A DNA stretch of 64,000 bases from Acidimicrobiia bacterium (GTDB lineage: Bacteria; Actinomycetota; Acidimicrobiia; Acidimicrobiales; VFJN01), in NCBI GenBank assembly GCA_047459075.1, contig VSCH01000013.1, positions 3,874 through 67,873 on the forward strand, in the 5' to 3' direction. The notes below the pieces were generated by a model. That model was given only the letters and a program-made list of their open reading frames with translations. It was not told the DNA's origin and made no database searches. The position numbers and the translations under genes were made by a program. Below, piece by piece: positions 1-9,221 of the stretch (positions within the stretch are counted from its first letter, which is position 1; each line of letters begins with the position of its first letter).

Positions 1-278
1 ACCCGCCGGGCGTCGTCGGCGTCGGCGGCGTCGTAGCTGACCATGATCCGCTGGTCGGGCCCGTACCCCGAGTGCTCCGGGTCGTCGGACGCCATGAGCA
101 GGTCGTCGCCGTGGGCCAGCGCCGCGTGGACGACCAGGTCGGCCTGGCCGGGGGGCGGCTCCCCGCCGGGGACGTCGGCCCCGGTCATGATCGTGAGATC
201 GCCGCCGAAGATCTCCTCGTAGCGGGTGAACGCCTCGCGGCAGTCGCCGGCGAAGAAGAGGTAGGGACGGTAGGCCAT
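1..278 (-). CDS. VOC/PhnB-like glyoxalase family protein (3' end runs off window)
   Basis: Manual translation from ATG at 278: MAYRPYLFFAGDCREAFTRYEEIFGG...LVVHAAL...LMASD, the PhnB-type pattern; not in ORF track because it is truncated. Confidence 0.85.
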   Translation of the reverse strand, partial: MAYRPYLFFAGDCREAFTRYEEIFGGDLTIMTGADVPGGEPPPGQADLVVHAALAHGDDLLMASDDPEHSGYGPDQRIMVSYDAADADDARR

Positions 279-482
279 GGCGTCCTCCGGTGGTCGGGGC
301 GCGCGCCGGCAGCGCGCGCCTGACCGGGTGCTACCCCCGGCGGGGCGGCCTACGCCGGCAGTCTGCGGCCGGGCCGTCTCGACGTCGCCCCGGACCCCAC
401 GCGGCGTGAGCCTCCGGCCCACGGGGAAGAAGGGGACCGGCCCGGCTGTTCGACCGGGGTGAGGCGACGAGCGGAGGACGCC

Positions 483-2111
483 ATGGCTGCACGGCCCGGT
501 CCCGGGCGGTCACCGGACGGCACGGGGACGGGTGGGCCGGCCGGGCTGGCCTTCGCCTCGCCGCAGGGCCGGTGGACGCTGCTCGCCACCGTCCTCGGCT
601 CCGGCATCGCCTTCCTCGACTCCACGGTCGTCACCGTGGCCCTGCCCCGCATCGGCGCCGACCTCGACGCCGGGGTCAGCGGCCTGCAGTGGGTGCTCAA
701 CGGCTACCTGGCCTCGCTCTCCGCGCTCATCCTGCTGGGCGGGTCCCTCGGCGACCGCCTGGGCCGGCGGCGGGTGTTCGTCGCCGGTGTCCTCGTGTTC
801 ACGGTCGCCTCGGTGGCGTGCGCCCTCGCCCCCACGATCCCGGTCCTGGTCGTGGGCCGGGCCGCGCAGGGCGTCGGCGGCGCGCTGCTGACGCCGGGCA
901 GCCTGGCCATCCTCGAGGCGAGCTTCCGCCCCGACGACCGGGCCCGGGCCATCGGCGCCTGGTCGGGCCTCACCGGCATCGCCGCCGCCGTCGGGCCCTT
1001 CCTGGGCGGGTGGCTGGTCGACGCCGCGTCGTGGCGGTGGATCTTCCTCATCAACGTGCCCGTCGCCGCCGTCGTCGTCGCCGTGGCGGTGCGGCACGTG
1101 CCCGAGACGCTCGACCGCGGCGCGGCGGGGCGGCTCGACGTGGCGGGCGCCCTGGTGGCGGCGGCCGCCCTGGGGGCGCTGAGCTGGGGGATGATCGCCG
1201 CGGGTGACCGGGGGTGGGGGGCGCCGGCGGTGCTGGGGTCGCTGGCCGTCGGCGCCGGCGGCCTGGCCGCCTTCGCCGTTGTCGAGGCCCGCAGCCGCTG
1301 GCCGATGATGCCCCTCGGCATCTTCCGGGTGCGCCAGTTCACCGCCGCCAACCTCGTCACGCTGGCCGTCTACGCCGCGCTGGGCGGGGTCTTCTTCCTG
1401 CTCGTCGTCCACCTCCAGGAGGCGCTGGGCTACTCGGCGCTCGAGGCCGGGGCCGCGTCGCTGCCCATCACCGTGCTCATGCTGGCGCTGTCGTCCCGGT
1501 CGGGCGCGCTCGCCCACCGCATCGGGCCCCGGCTGCAGATGAGCGCCGGGCCGATCGTGCTGGCCGCGGGCGTGCTGCTGCTCGCCCGGGTCGAGCCCGG
1601 AGACGGCTACGCGACGGCGGTGCTGCCGGCGGTCGTCGTCGTCGGCCTCGGCCTGGCGGCCACGGTGGCGCCGCTCACCGCCACGGCGCTCGGCGCGCTG
1701 GAGGACCGGCACGCCGGGCTGGCGTCCGGGGTCAACACGACGGTGGCGCGGGCGGCGCAGCTGGTCGCCGTCGCCGCCCTCCCGGCCCTGGCCGGCCTCG
1801 GCGGCGACGCCTACACCGACGCCGGGGCGGTGGCCGAGGGGTTCCGGCGGGCGATGCTCATCACCGCCGGGCTGGCGTTCGCCGGCGGGGTCGTCGGGGC
1901 GCTGCTGGTCCGCAACCCGGAGCGGGCGCCGGTGCCCGCCCCCGACGAGGCGCCGCCGGGACCGGTCGCCGTGACCCACGCGGAGGACACGTTCTGCGGC
2001 ATCGACGGGACGCCGCTGCGGGCGTGCCCCCACGGCGGCGGGGAGGAGGCGCCGGTCGGGCGCGCGGCGGTCGGGCCCGGGCCCCCGGGCCGGGGGCGAC
2101 GCCCGGCCTAG
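483..2111 (+). CDS. MFS transporter, DHA2 (EmrB/QacA-like)
   Basis: LDSTVVTVALP, WVLNGY, GSLGDRLGRRR motif A, WRWIFLINVP; about 14 TM segments; GGAGG upstream. Confidence 0.92.
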   Translation: MAARPGPGRSPDGTGTGGPAGLAFASPQGRWTLLATVLGSGIAFLDSTVVTVALPRIGADLDAGVSGLQWVLNGYLASLSALILLGGSLGDRLGRRRVFVAGVLVFTVASVACALAPTIPVLVVGRAAQGVGGALLTPGSLAILEASFRPDDRARAIGAWSGLTGIAAAVGPFLGGWLVDAASWRWIFLINVPVAAVVVAVAVRHVPETLDRGAAGRLDVAGALVAAAALGALSWGMIAAGDRGWGAPAVLGSLAVGAGGLAAFAVVEARSRWPMMPLGIFRVRQFTAANLVTLAVYAALGGVFFLLVVHLQEALGYSALEAGAASLPITVLMLALSSRSGALAHRIGPRLQMSAGPIVLAAGVLLLARVEPGDGYATAVLPAVVVVGLGLAATVAPLTATALGALEDRHAGLASGVNTTVARAAQLVAVAALPALAGLGGDAYTDAGAVAEGFRRAMLITAGLAFAGGVVGALLVRNPERAPVPAPDEAPPGPVAVTHAEDTFCGIDGTPLRACPHGGGEEAPVGRAAVGPGPPGRGRRPA

Positions 2112-2122
2112 GATGCGGCGCC

Positions 2123-2965
2123 ATGACCGGGGAGGACACCGGGGCGCGCGATCTGCTCGTCGAGCGCCCCCGAGCCGACGTCGCGGTCCTGACGCTGCAC
2201 CGGCCCGAGAAGCTCAACGCCCTCAGCTTCCGGCTCGTCGACGAGCTGCACGACGCGCTCGACGAGCTGCAGCACGACACGACCTGCCGGGTCGTCGTGC
2301 TGACCGGCGCCGGCCGGGGCTTCTGCTCCGGCCTCGACCTGGCCGACAGCGCGACCGGCGCCTCCACGGCCGCCGGCACGACCGGGCCCCGCGCCGGGCT
2401 GCTGTCCCAGGCCCGCATCGCCGAGCTGCCGCAGAAGCTCCGCCGGCTCCCGCAGCCCGTCATCGCCGCCGTCAACGGCCCGGCCTACGGCGGCGGGTTC
2501 GCCCTCGCCCTGGCCTGCGACATCCGGCTCGCCGCCCCCGAGGCCCGCTTCTGCACCCAGTTCATCAAGGTCGGCATCGGCGGCTGCGACATCGGCATCA
2601 GCTACACGCTGCCCAGGCTGATCGGGGCCTCCCGGGCCTTCGAGCTGATGCTGACCGCCCGGGCCGTCGACGCCGAGGAGGCCGAGCGCATCGGCCTGGT
2701 GAGCGAGGTCGTGCCGGCCGGGTCGCTGCTCGACCGGGCCCTCGAGCTGGCCGCCACGATCTGCGGCTACACGCCCTTCGGGGTGGCGATGACCAAGGAG
2801 GTGATGTGGTCGAACCTCGACGCGCCGAGCCTCGAGGCGGCCATCCACCTCGAGAACCGCACGCAGATCCTCGCCACCACCGGGGGCGAGATGGCCGAGG
2901 CCGCCCGGGCCTTCCTCGAGAAGCGGCCGCCGAGCTGGGCGACGACGGACCCGCCGGCCCCCTGA
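2123..2965 (+). CDS. Enoyl-CoA hydratase/isomerase family protein
   Basis: LHRPEKLNAL, GRGFCSGLDL, IAAVNGPAYGGG, ACDIR crotonase motifs. Confidence 0.93.
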   Translation: MTGEDTGARDLLVERPRADVAVLTLHRPEKLNALSFRLVDELHDALDELQHDTTCRVVVLTGAGRGFCSGLDLADSATGASTAAGTTGPRAGLLSQARIAELPQKLRRLPQPVIAAVNGPAYGGGFALALACDIRLAAPEARFCTQFIKVGIGGCDIGISYTLPRLIGASRAFELMLTARAVDAEEAERIGLVSEVVPAGSLLDRALELAATICGYTPFGVAMTKEVMWSNLDAPSLEAAIHLENRTQILATTGGEMAEAARAFLEKRPPSWATTDPPAP

Positions 2966-3020
2966 CCGCGGGTGGCGGCCCGATCCGGGCCGTGTGTGAC
3001 CGCCGCCATAGGATGCCGTC

Positions 3021-3422
3021 ATGGCACAGGTTCCGCTGGTGGACTACCTGGTGCTGGGGGACGACCCGCACCTGGTGGCGAAGGCCTGCACCTCGTGCGG
3101 CGCCCGGTTCTTCGACCGACGCAACGCCTGCGCGGCGTGCGGCAGCGACGCCGGGTTCGACGAGGTCCCCGTGGCGCGGGAGGGGGTGCTCCGCTCGTTC
3201 ACGATCGTGTCGATGGCGGCGCCGGGCATCCCGGTGCCGTTCGTGGCCGGCGTCGTCGACTGCGACGGCACCTCGGTGCGGGCGAACATCGTCAACGTCG
3301 AGCCCACGCCCGAGCACGTCAGGCTGGGCATGAAGGTCCGGCTGACGACCTTCCCGATCGGCACCGACTCGGCCGGCACCGAGGCGGTCGGCTTCGGCTT
3401 CGAGCCCATGGAGGAGGGGTGA
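3021..3422 (+). CDS. Zn-ribbon/OB-fold protein (DUF35, ChsH2-like acyl-CoA binding)
   Basis: CTSCG...CAACG rubredoxin-like ribbon followed by OB fold; translationally coupled to thiolase. Confidence 0.9.
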   Translation: MAQVPLVDYLVLGDDPHLVAKACTSCGARFFDRRNACAACGSDAGFDEVPVAREGVLRSFTIVSMAAPGIPVPFVAGVVDCDGTSVRANIVNVEPTPEHVRLGMKVRLTTFPIGTDSAGTEAVGFGFEPMEEG

Positions 3423-4630
3423 TGGCGGAGGACGTCTGGATCCTCGGCATCCACATGACCAAGTTCGGGAAGCACCCGGACAAGGACACGGTCGACCTGG
3501 CCGCCGAGGCGGCGCTCGGCGCGCTGCGCGACGGGGGCGTGACGATCCACGACATCGGGGTGCTCGCCGCCGGGAACCTGATGAACGCCAACGCCGGCAT
3601 CGGCCAGCAGCTGCAGAAGCAGATCGGCCAGACCGGCATCCCCGTCTACAACGTGGTCAACGCCTGCGCCACCGGCGCGACCGCCCTGCGCACGGTGATC
3701 ATGGCGGTCAAGGCCGGCGAGGCCGACATGGGCCTCGCCGTGGGCGTCGAGAAGCTGGCCGGCGCCGGCCTGCTCGCCGGCGGGACCCGCAAGGAGGACG
3801 GCGACACCTGGACGCCGTCGGGCCGCTACGGCGCGGTGGCGCCGGTCGACGGGCGCATCGGCACCGAGACCATGCCCGGCGTGTTCGCCCAGGTGGGCAT
3901 GCAGTACATCCACGAGCACGCCTACGCCGGCGAGCCGTTCGAGCTCTTCGCCCGCATCAGCGAGAAGAACCACGCCCACTCGACGCTGAACCCGCTCGCC
4001 GCCTACACGAAGCGGTTCACGCTCGAGGAGATCATGAACGACGTCATGATCGCCTACCCCAACACCCGGCCGATGTGCTCGGCCAACTGCGACGGCGCGG
4101 CGGCCGCCGTCGTGGTGTCGGGGGCCAAGCTCAAGACCCTGTCGCTCGAGCAGCGGCGCCGGGCGGTGAAGGTGTCGGCGTCGGTGCTGACCTCCGACCC
4201 CTGGCAGGAGGGCTGCCAGGTGCTCCCGGACGTCAACACGCTCACCCGGCGGGCCGCCGAGCAGGCCTACGAGCAGGCGGGCGTCGGCCCCGAGGACCTC
4301 AGCCTCGTCGAGCTGCACGACTGCTTCGCCACCGCCGAGCTCGTGCACTACGACAACCTGAAGCTGTGCGAGCCGGGCGGCGCGGCCGACTTCTTCCTGT
4401 CCGGCGCCACCTGGCGGGACGGCTCCACGCCGGTCAACGTGTCGGGCGGCCTGCAGTCCAAGGGCCACCCCATCGCCGCGACCGGCATCGCCAACGTCTG
4501 GGAGATCTGCCACCACCTGCGGGGCGAGGCCGGCGACCGCCAGATCGAGGGGGCCAACGTCGGGCTGGCCCACGTCATCGGCCTGGGCTCGGCCTGCGGC
4601 GTCCACATCCTCGAGAAGGCCGCGGCGTAG
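3422..4630 (+). CDS. Thiolase family protein (SCP-x/Ltp-like)
   Basis: NACATG, ELHDCF, VNVSGGL..KGHPIAATG motifs. Confidence 0.92.
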   Translation: MAEDVWILGIHMTKFGKHPDKDTVDLAAEAALGALRDGGVTIHDIGVLAAGNLMNANAGIGQQLQKQIGQTGIPVYNVVNACATGATALRTVIMAVKAGEADMGLAVGVEKLAGAGLLAGGTRKEDGDTWTPSGRYGAVAPVDGRIGTETMPGVFAQVGMQYIHEHAYAGEPFELFARISEKNHAHSTLNPLAAYTKRFTLEEIMNDVMIAYPNTRPMCSANCDGAAAAVVVSGAKLKTLSLEQRRRAVKVSASVLTSDPWQEGCQVLPDVNTLTRRAAEQAYEQAGVGPEDLSLVELHDCFATAELVHYDNLKLCEPGGAADFFLSGATWRDGSTPVNVSGGLQSKGHPIAATGIANVWEICHHLRGEAGDRQIEGANVGLAHVIGLGSACGVHILEKAAA

Positions 4631-4731
4631 CCCGCCCCGCGCCCCCGACCGCCCGCACCGGTCGCCCCCGGCGCGGGCGGTGGGCGGCCGGTCCGGTCGC
4701 CGCGCGGCGCGAGCGTGTAGCGTCGCGCTCC

Positions 4732-5220
4732 GTGGTGACCCACCATGCGGCCGCGCTCGTCCGCCGACCGGTCGACGTCGTCACCGCCTACGTCTTCGAC
4801 CCGCGGACGATGCCCCACTGGAGCGGTGTGCTGTTCGCGATCGAGCCGGTCGACGACGTCGAGCCCCGGGTCGGGCGCCGGCTGCGGGCCGAGCTCAAGG
4901 TGCTCGGCGTGCGGCTCACGGTCGAGGGCGAGCTCCTCGACGCCGACCTGGAGGAGCGGCGGGCGACCGTGCGCATCGTGCCGCTCGACGGCGACGGCGC
5001 CATCGAGCACCGCCTGTGGGTCGAGCCCTCGGGCGACGGCGCGGTCGTCCACTTCTGGAACCGCATCGAGCCCCCCGGCTGGCTGGCGGGGGCGGTGAGC
5101 GACCAGCTCGTCGAGGCGTTCGTCGAGCACACGGCCCGGTTCGCGCTCGACAACATCCGGGCCATCCTCGAGAACGGCGACGAGGACGCGGTCGCCGGCC
5201 TGACCGGGCCGGCCGGCTGA
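4732..5220 (+). CDS. SRPBCC/polyketide cyclase-like protein
   Basis: VRRPVDVVTAYVFDPRTMPHW N-terminal SRPBCC pattern; start codon uncertain. Confidence 0.7.
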   Translation: MVTHHAAALVRRPVDVVTAYVFDPRTMPHWSGVLFAIEPVDDVEPRVGRRLRAELKVLGVRLTVEGELLDADLEERRATVRIVPLDGDGAIEHRLWVEPSGDGAVVHFWNRIEPPGWLAGAVSDQLVEAFVEHTARFALDNIRAILENGDEDAVAGLTGPAG

Positions 5221-5234
5221 TCGCGGCCCGGGCG

Positions 5235-5259
5235 GTTCCCCGCCCCGTCCCGGGGGTAG
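5235..5259 (+). promoter_or_regulatory. Putative SigF/SigB-type promoter (GTTC-N15-GGGTAG), near-leaderless
   Basis: GGGTAG at 5254-5259, 10 nt before GTG 5269; resembles actinobacterial SigF consensus GTTT-N15-17-GGGTA. Confidence 0.5.
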
Positions 5260-5268
5260 GAGCGGCCC

Positions 5269-6312
5269 GTGCGCATCGTGGTGGTCGGCGCGACCGGCAA
5301 CGTGGGGACGAGCGTGGTCGACGAGCTGGCCCGCCGTCCCGAGGTGACCGAGGTCGTCGCCGTGGCGCGCCGGGCGCCGGCCGTCGACTGGCCGCCGTCG
5401 GTCCGGTTCGTGGCCGCGGACGTCGCCACCGACGACCTCGAGCCCGTGCTGGCGGGCGCGGACGCCGTCGTCCACCTCGCCTGGCTCTTCCAGCCGAGCC
5501 ACGACCCGCTGCTCACCTGGCGGGTGAACGCCGTGGGGAGCGCCCGGGTGTTCGAGGCCGCGGCCGCCGCGGGGGTCGGGGCGGTCGTCTACTCGTCCTC
5601 GGTCGGCGCGTACTCCCCGGCGCCCGACCGCACGGTCGACGAGACCTGGCCGACCCACTCCATCCCGACGGCCGCCTACGGGCGGGAGAAGGCCTACGTC
5701 GAGCGGGTGCTCGACGCCTTCGAGGCCCGCCACCCCGAGATCCGGGTCGTCCGCCTGCGGCCGGCGTTCATCTTCAAGCGCACCGCCGGCCCGGAGCAGC
5801 GGCGGCTCTTCGCCGGCCCGTTGCTCCCGCGGGCCGTGCTGCGCCGGGGCGTGCCGGTGCTGCCGCTGCCGGCCGGCCTGCGGTTCCAGGCCCTGCACAG
5901 CACCGACGCCGCCCGGGCGTTCGCGGTCGCCGCGACCGGCGACGCCCGGGGCGCGTTCAACATCGCCGCCGAACCGGTGATCGACGCGGCCGCCCTCGCC
6001 TCGGTCGTCGGCGCCCGCCCGGTCGAGGTCCCGCCCCGGGCGCTGCGGGCCGCCCTGGCCACCGCCTGGCACCTGCGGCTCGTGCCGACCCAGCCCGCCC
6101 TCTACGACCTGGCCCTGGGCCTGCCGCTGCTGGACACCACCCGGGCGGCGACCGAGCTGGGCTGGCGGCCGACCGTGAGCGCGGTCGACGCCCTGGCCGA
6201 GGCGGTCGCCGGCATGGCCGAGGGCGCGGGCGAGGACACGCCGCCGCTCGCCGCGGACGGCGTCCGGGGGCGGGCGCGCGAGGTCGCGACCGGCGTCGGG
6301 AGCCGGCCGTGA
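5269..6312 (+). CDS. NAD-dependent epimerase/dehydratase
   Basis: GATGNVG Rossmann motif, VHLAW, SSVGAY, YGREK (YxxxK). Confidence 0.92.
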   Translation: MRIVVVGATGNVGTSVVDELARRPEVTEVVAVARRAPAVDWPPSVRFVAADVATDDLEPVLAGADAVVHLAWLFQPSHDPLLTWRVNAVGSARVFEAAAAAGVGAVVYSSSVGAYSPAPDRTVDETWPTHSIPTAAYGREKAYVERVLDAFEARHPEIRVVRLRPAFIFKRTAGPEQRRLFAGPLLPRAVLRRGVPVLPLPAGLRFQALHSTDAARAFAVAATGDARGAFNIAAEPVIDAAALASVVGARPVEVPPRALRAALATAWHLRLVPTQPALYDLALGLPLLDTTRAATELGWRPTVSAVDALAEAVAGMAEGAGEDTPPLAADGVRGRAREVATGVGSRP

Positions 6313-7115
6313 CGGGCGCCGCGGCGCCCCGCCGGCCCGGCGGCCTGCTCGACGCCGTCGAGCCGGTCACGGCCGCCGTGTTCCGCACCGCCGCCCGCCT
6401 GCGGGGCGACCGGGCCTTCCACCCCCGGGGCCGGGCCTTCGCCGCCGAGGTCGTGCTCGACCCGGCGTCCGCCCCGCCGGGCTTCCCCACCGGCCGGTAC
6501 CGGGGGATCGTGCGGTTCTCCCGAGGGGCCGGGCTGCCCGACGCGGTGCCCGACGTCCTGGGCATCGGCGTGCGGGTCGTCGACGCCGGTGGGCCGCACG
6601 TCCACCAGGACCTGCTCATGGCGAGCGCCGGGTGGTCGGTCGTCGGCCGGCGGCTGCTGCGGCCCGGCCGGTCGTTCACGGCCGGCGTCCTGTCGACGAT
6701 CCTGCCCTACGAGGTCGGCGGCCGGCGGGTGCTGATCGGCGCCCGGGTGCCGGGCGACCGACCGCTGCGGCTGGCCGACGTCGACCTCCTCGCCGCCGCC
6801 CGCCGCCCCGTCGAGCTGCTGTGGTCGGCGCCCGGCGGTGCCTGGTGGGCCCTCGGGGAGGTGCGGCCCGACGCGCCGCTCGACGACGAGGCCGGCCGCC
6901 GGCTCGGCCTCGACCCGTTCCGCACGGTGCCCGGCGTCGAGCCGGTCGGCCTGCTCAACGCGCTGCGGCGGCCCGCCTACGGCGCCAGCCGCGCCGGCCG
7001 CGACGGCGACCCGGCCGGTGGCGCCGGACGGCGACGTCGGGACCGAGGAGGAGGCGAGGGCGTGGCGGACCGGGAGACGGCCGGGGACCGCCCCCGGTCG
7101 GGTGCGGGGCGGTAG
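6309..7115 (+). CDS. Compact catalase-like (catalase-related fold) hypothetical protein
   Basis: RAFHPRG, RFSRG, PDVLGIGVR, QDLLMAS, R-x-x-AY-x-x-S motifs; GTGA overlap with upstream stop. Confidence 0.65.
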   Translation: MTGAAAPRRPGGLLDAVEPVTAAVFRTAARLRGDRAFHPRGRAFAAEVVLDPASAPPGFPTGRYRGIVRFSRGAGLPDAVPDVLGIGVRVVDAGGPHVHQDLLMASAGWSVVGRRLLRPGRSFTAGVLSTILPYEVGGRRVLIGARVPGDRPLRLADVDLLAAARRPVELLWSAPGGAWWALGEVRPDAPLDDEAGRRLGLDPFRTVPGVEPVGLLNALRRPAYGASRAGRDGDPAGGAGRRRRDRGGGEGVADRETAGDRPRSGAGR

Positions 7116-7119
7116 GGCG

Positions 7120-7936
7120 GTGGAGCGCACGGTCCTCGTCACCGGCGCCGGCTCCGGGATCGGCCTCGCCACCGCTGTCGAGGCCGCCCGCCTCGGGTTC
7201 CGCGCCGTGGCCGCCGTCCACCGCCCCGAGCAGGCCGAGGACGTCCGCCGGGCGGCGGCGGAGGCGGGGGTCGCCGTCGAGGTCGACCCCCTGGACGTCA
7301 CCGACGACGCCCGTGCCGCCGCCGTCGTCGACCGGTGGCGCCCGTGGGGGCTGGTCAACGCCGCCGGCCTCATGCTGCCGGGGCCCGTCGCCGAGACCCC
7401 GCCCGAGGACGCCCGCCGGCACCTCGAGGTCATGGTCCTGGCGCCGATGCGCCTGGTCCAGCTGGCCCTGCCGTGGATGCGCCGCCAGGGCGGCGGCCGC
7501 GTCGTCAACGTCTCGTCCATCGCCGGGCACGTGGAGGCGCCGCTGCTCGGCTGGTACGAGGCGGCCAAGCAGGCGCTGAACACCCTCAGCGAGGCGCTGC
7601 GCCCCGAGGTGGCCCGCTACGGGATCGACGTCGTGATCGTCGAGCCGGGCCCGTTCCGGACGCCGATCTGGGACAAGGCCCGCGACCACGTGCGGCGGCA
7701 CCGGGACGAGGCCGTCGAGCCCGACCTCCACGACCGCACGCTCGACGTGCTGGAGGCCATGGCGGCGCTCGCCGGCGACCACCGGGACGTCGCCCGTCGT
7801 GTCGGCGACGTGCTCCACGCGGGGCCGGCCCCGGTTCCGCTACCGCGTCGGCACCGGCACGAACCTGCTGGGGGCGCTCGACCGGGTGGTGCCGACGAGC
7901 GTGAAGGACCGGGTCAGCCGGGCGGTGGGGGTCTGA
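7120..7936 (+). pseudogene. SDR oxidoreductase with +1 frameshift near 7821-7824 (pseudogene or sequencing error)
   Basis: TGAGSGIG, NVSS, YEAAK; removing one G from GGGG at 7821-7824 restores AGRPRFRYRVG...VGV* ending 1 nt before the next GTG. Confidence 0.8.
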
Positions 7937-7937
7937 G

Positions 7938-8507
7938 GTGGGCGTCGTCGAGCGCCACCTCGACGCGCCCCGGGACGCCGTGGCCCTCGTGCTCGCCGAC
8001 CCCCGCAGCTACGAGGCCCTCGTCCTCGGCAGCAAGCGGGTGCGCTGGTTCGACGCCCGCTGGCCCGAGGACGGCGCCGCGTTCCACCACAGCATCGGCG
8101 TCGGCCCGCTGCACATCCGCGACCGCAGCACCGTCGTGGCCGACGAGCTGCCCGACCGCCTGCAGCTCGTCGTCGGCATGGGCCCGCTGGGCCGGGCCGA
8201 GGTCGAGTTCCGGCTCACCCCCGAGGGCACGGGGACGCGGGTGGCGATGCGCGAGGACCCGGTGGACGGCCCGGTGGCGGCGGTGTGGTCGCCGCCGGTC
8301 GACGCCCTCATGCGGCTCCGCAACGACCGCGCGCTGCGGCGGTTGGCAGGCCTGGCCGCCGACGTCGAACGGGTGCGCCACCTGGACGACCCCGACCGCC
8401 GGGGGGCGGGATCGGACCGGGCCGCCGGCGGGTACGCCCGCCGGGGACGGCCGCGGCCGCCGCGGTCGCGGCAGGCGAGGACACGGAGGACCGGACATGA
8501 CCGGTGA
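7938..8507 (+). CDS. SRPBCC family protein
   Basis: APRDAVALVLADPRSY...WP..G..FHHSIGVGP...RN...L.RL pattern; low-complexity tail. Confidence 0.75.
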   Translation: MGVVERHLDAPRDAVALVLADPRSYEALVLGSKRVRWFDARWPEDGAAFHHSIGVGPLHIRDRSTVVADELPDRLQLVVGMGPLGRAEVEFRLTPEGTGTRVAMREDPVDGPVAAVWSPPVDALMRLRNDRALRRLAGLAADVERVRHLDDPDRRGAGSDRAAGGYARRGRPRPPRSRQARTRRTGHDR

Positions 8508-8670
8508 CGAGACCATCGACGCCGCCGAGGCCCGGCAGCTGCTGGAGGTGCCGCCGGAGCAGCTCGAGGCCCTCGTCGACCAGGGTGTCATCACGCCGAT
8601 CGACGACGGCTCCGGCCGCCTCCGCTACTCCCGGGCCGAGGTGATGGCGGCACGGCTGATGGGCGGCTGA
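8497..8670 (+). CDS. Small MerR-like/HTH_17 DNA-binding protein (57 aa)
   Basis: IDAAEARQLLEV...LVDQGVI...RLRYSRAEV; GGAGG RBS upstream. Confidence 0.7.
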   Translation: MTGDETIDAAEARQLLEVPPEQLEALVDQGVITPIDDGSGRLRYSRAEVMAARLMGG

Positions 8671-8867
8671 GCGCGCCCGCCGCGGTGCGGGACCGCTCGC
8701 GCGCGGGTCCGCCGCGTGCAAGGGCCGGCTCGCCACTCCTCGCGGGACCACTGGCCCCTTGACCCGGCCCGCCCCTGCCGGGACCATGGTCGCCAAGGCG
8801 GTGCCGCCCCGAGCTCCCCCCACCCGGGCGGCACCGGCTCGGACACATCGCACCCCGAGGGAGGACC

Positions 8868-9185
8868 ATGGCACCCCCAGCGGCACTCGTGGTCTCCGCC
8901 CGCCACAGCGGGCACCGAGGGGCGATCCGCCTCGTCGGCGAGTTCGACATGTCGGGCACCGAGAGCTTCCGGGCGGTCGTGGGCGACGTCGTGGCCCGGC
9001 GTCCGGAGGTCATCGAGGTCGACGCCGCCCAGCTCGAGTTCATCGACGCCGCCGGCCTCCGGGAGCTGGTCGTCGCCCGGGAGCTGGCCGACGCCAACGG
9101 CATCGCGTTCCGCCTCGGTCGCCGCTCCCGCCCGCTCGTCCGCATCCTCGACATGACCGGGCTCGACGAGGTGTTCGAGGGCTGA
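8868..9185 (+). CDS. STAS-domain anti-sigma factor antagonist
   Basis: LVGEFDM, DAAQLEFIDAAGL, RILDMTGL; GGAGG RBS. Confidence 0.88.
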   Translation: MAPPAALVVSARHSGHRGAIRLVGEFDMSGTESFRAVVGDVVARRPEVIEVDAAQLEFIDAAGLRELVVARELADANGIAFRLGRRSRPLVRILDMTGLDEVFEG

Positions 9186-9221
9186 GCGCCCCGCCCCCGT
9201 CGCCGCCGCCGGGCGCCCGGT

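Noticed and set aside
6838-8670. 610-aa SDR-HTH fusion protein
   Set aside because: Artefact of the +1 frameshift at ~7822; it overlaps a separate SRPBCC gene
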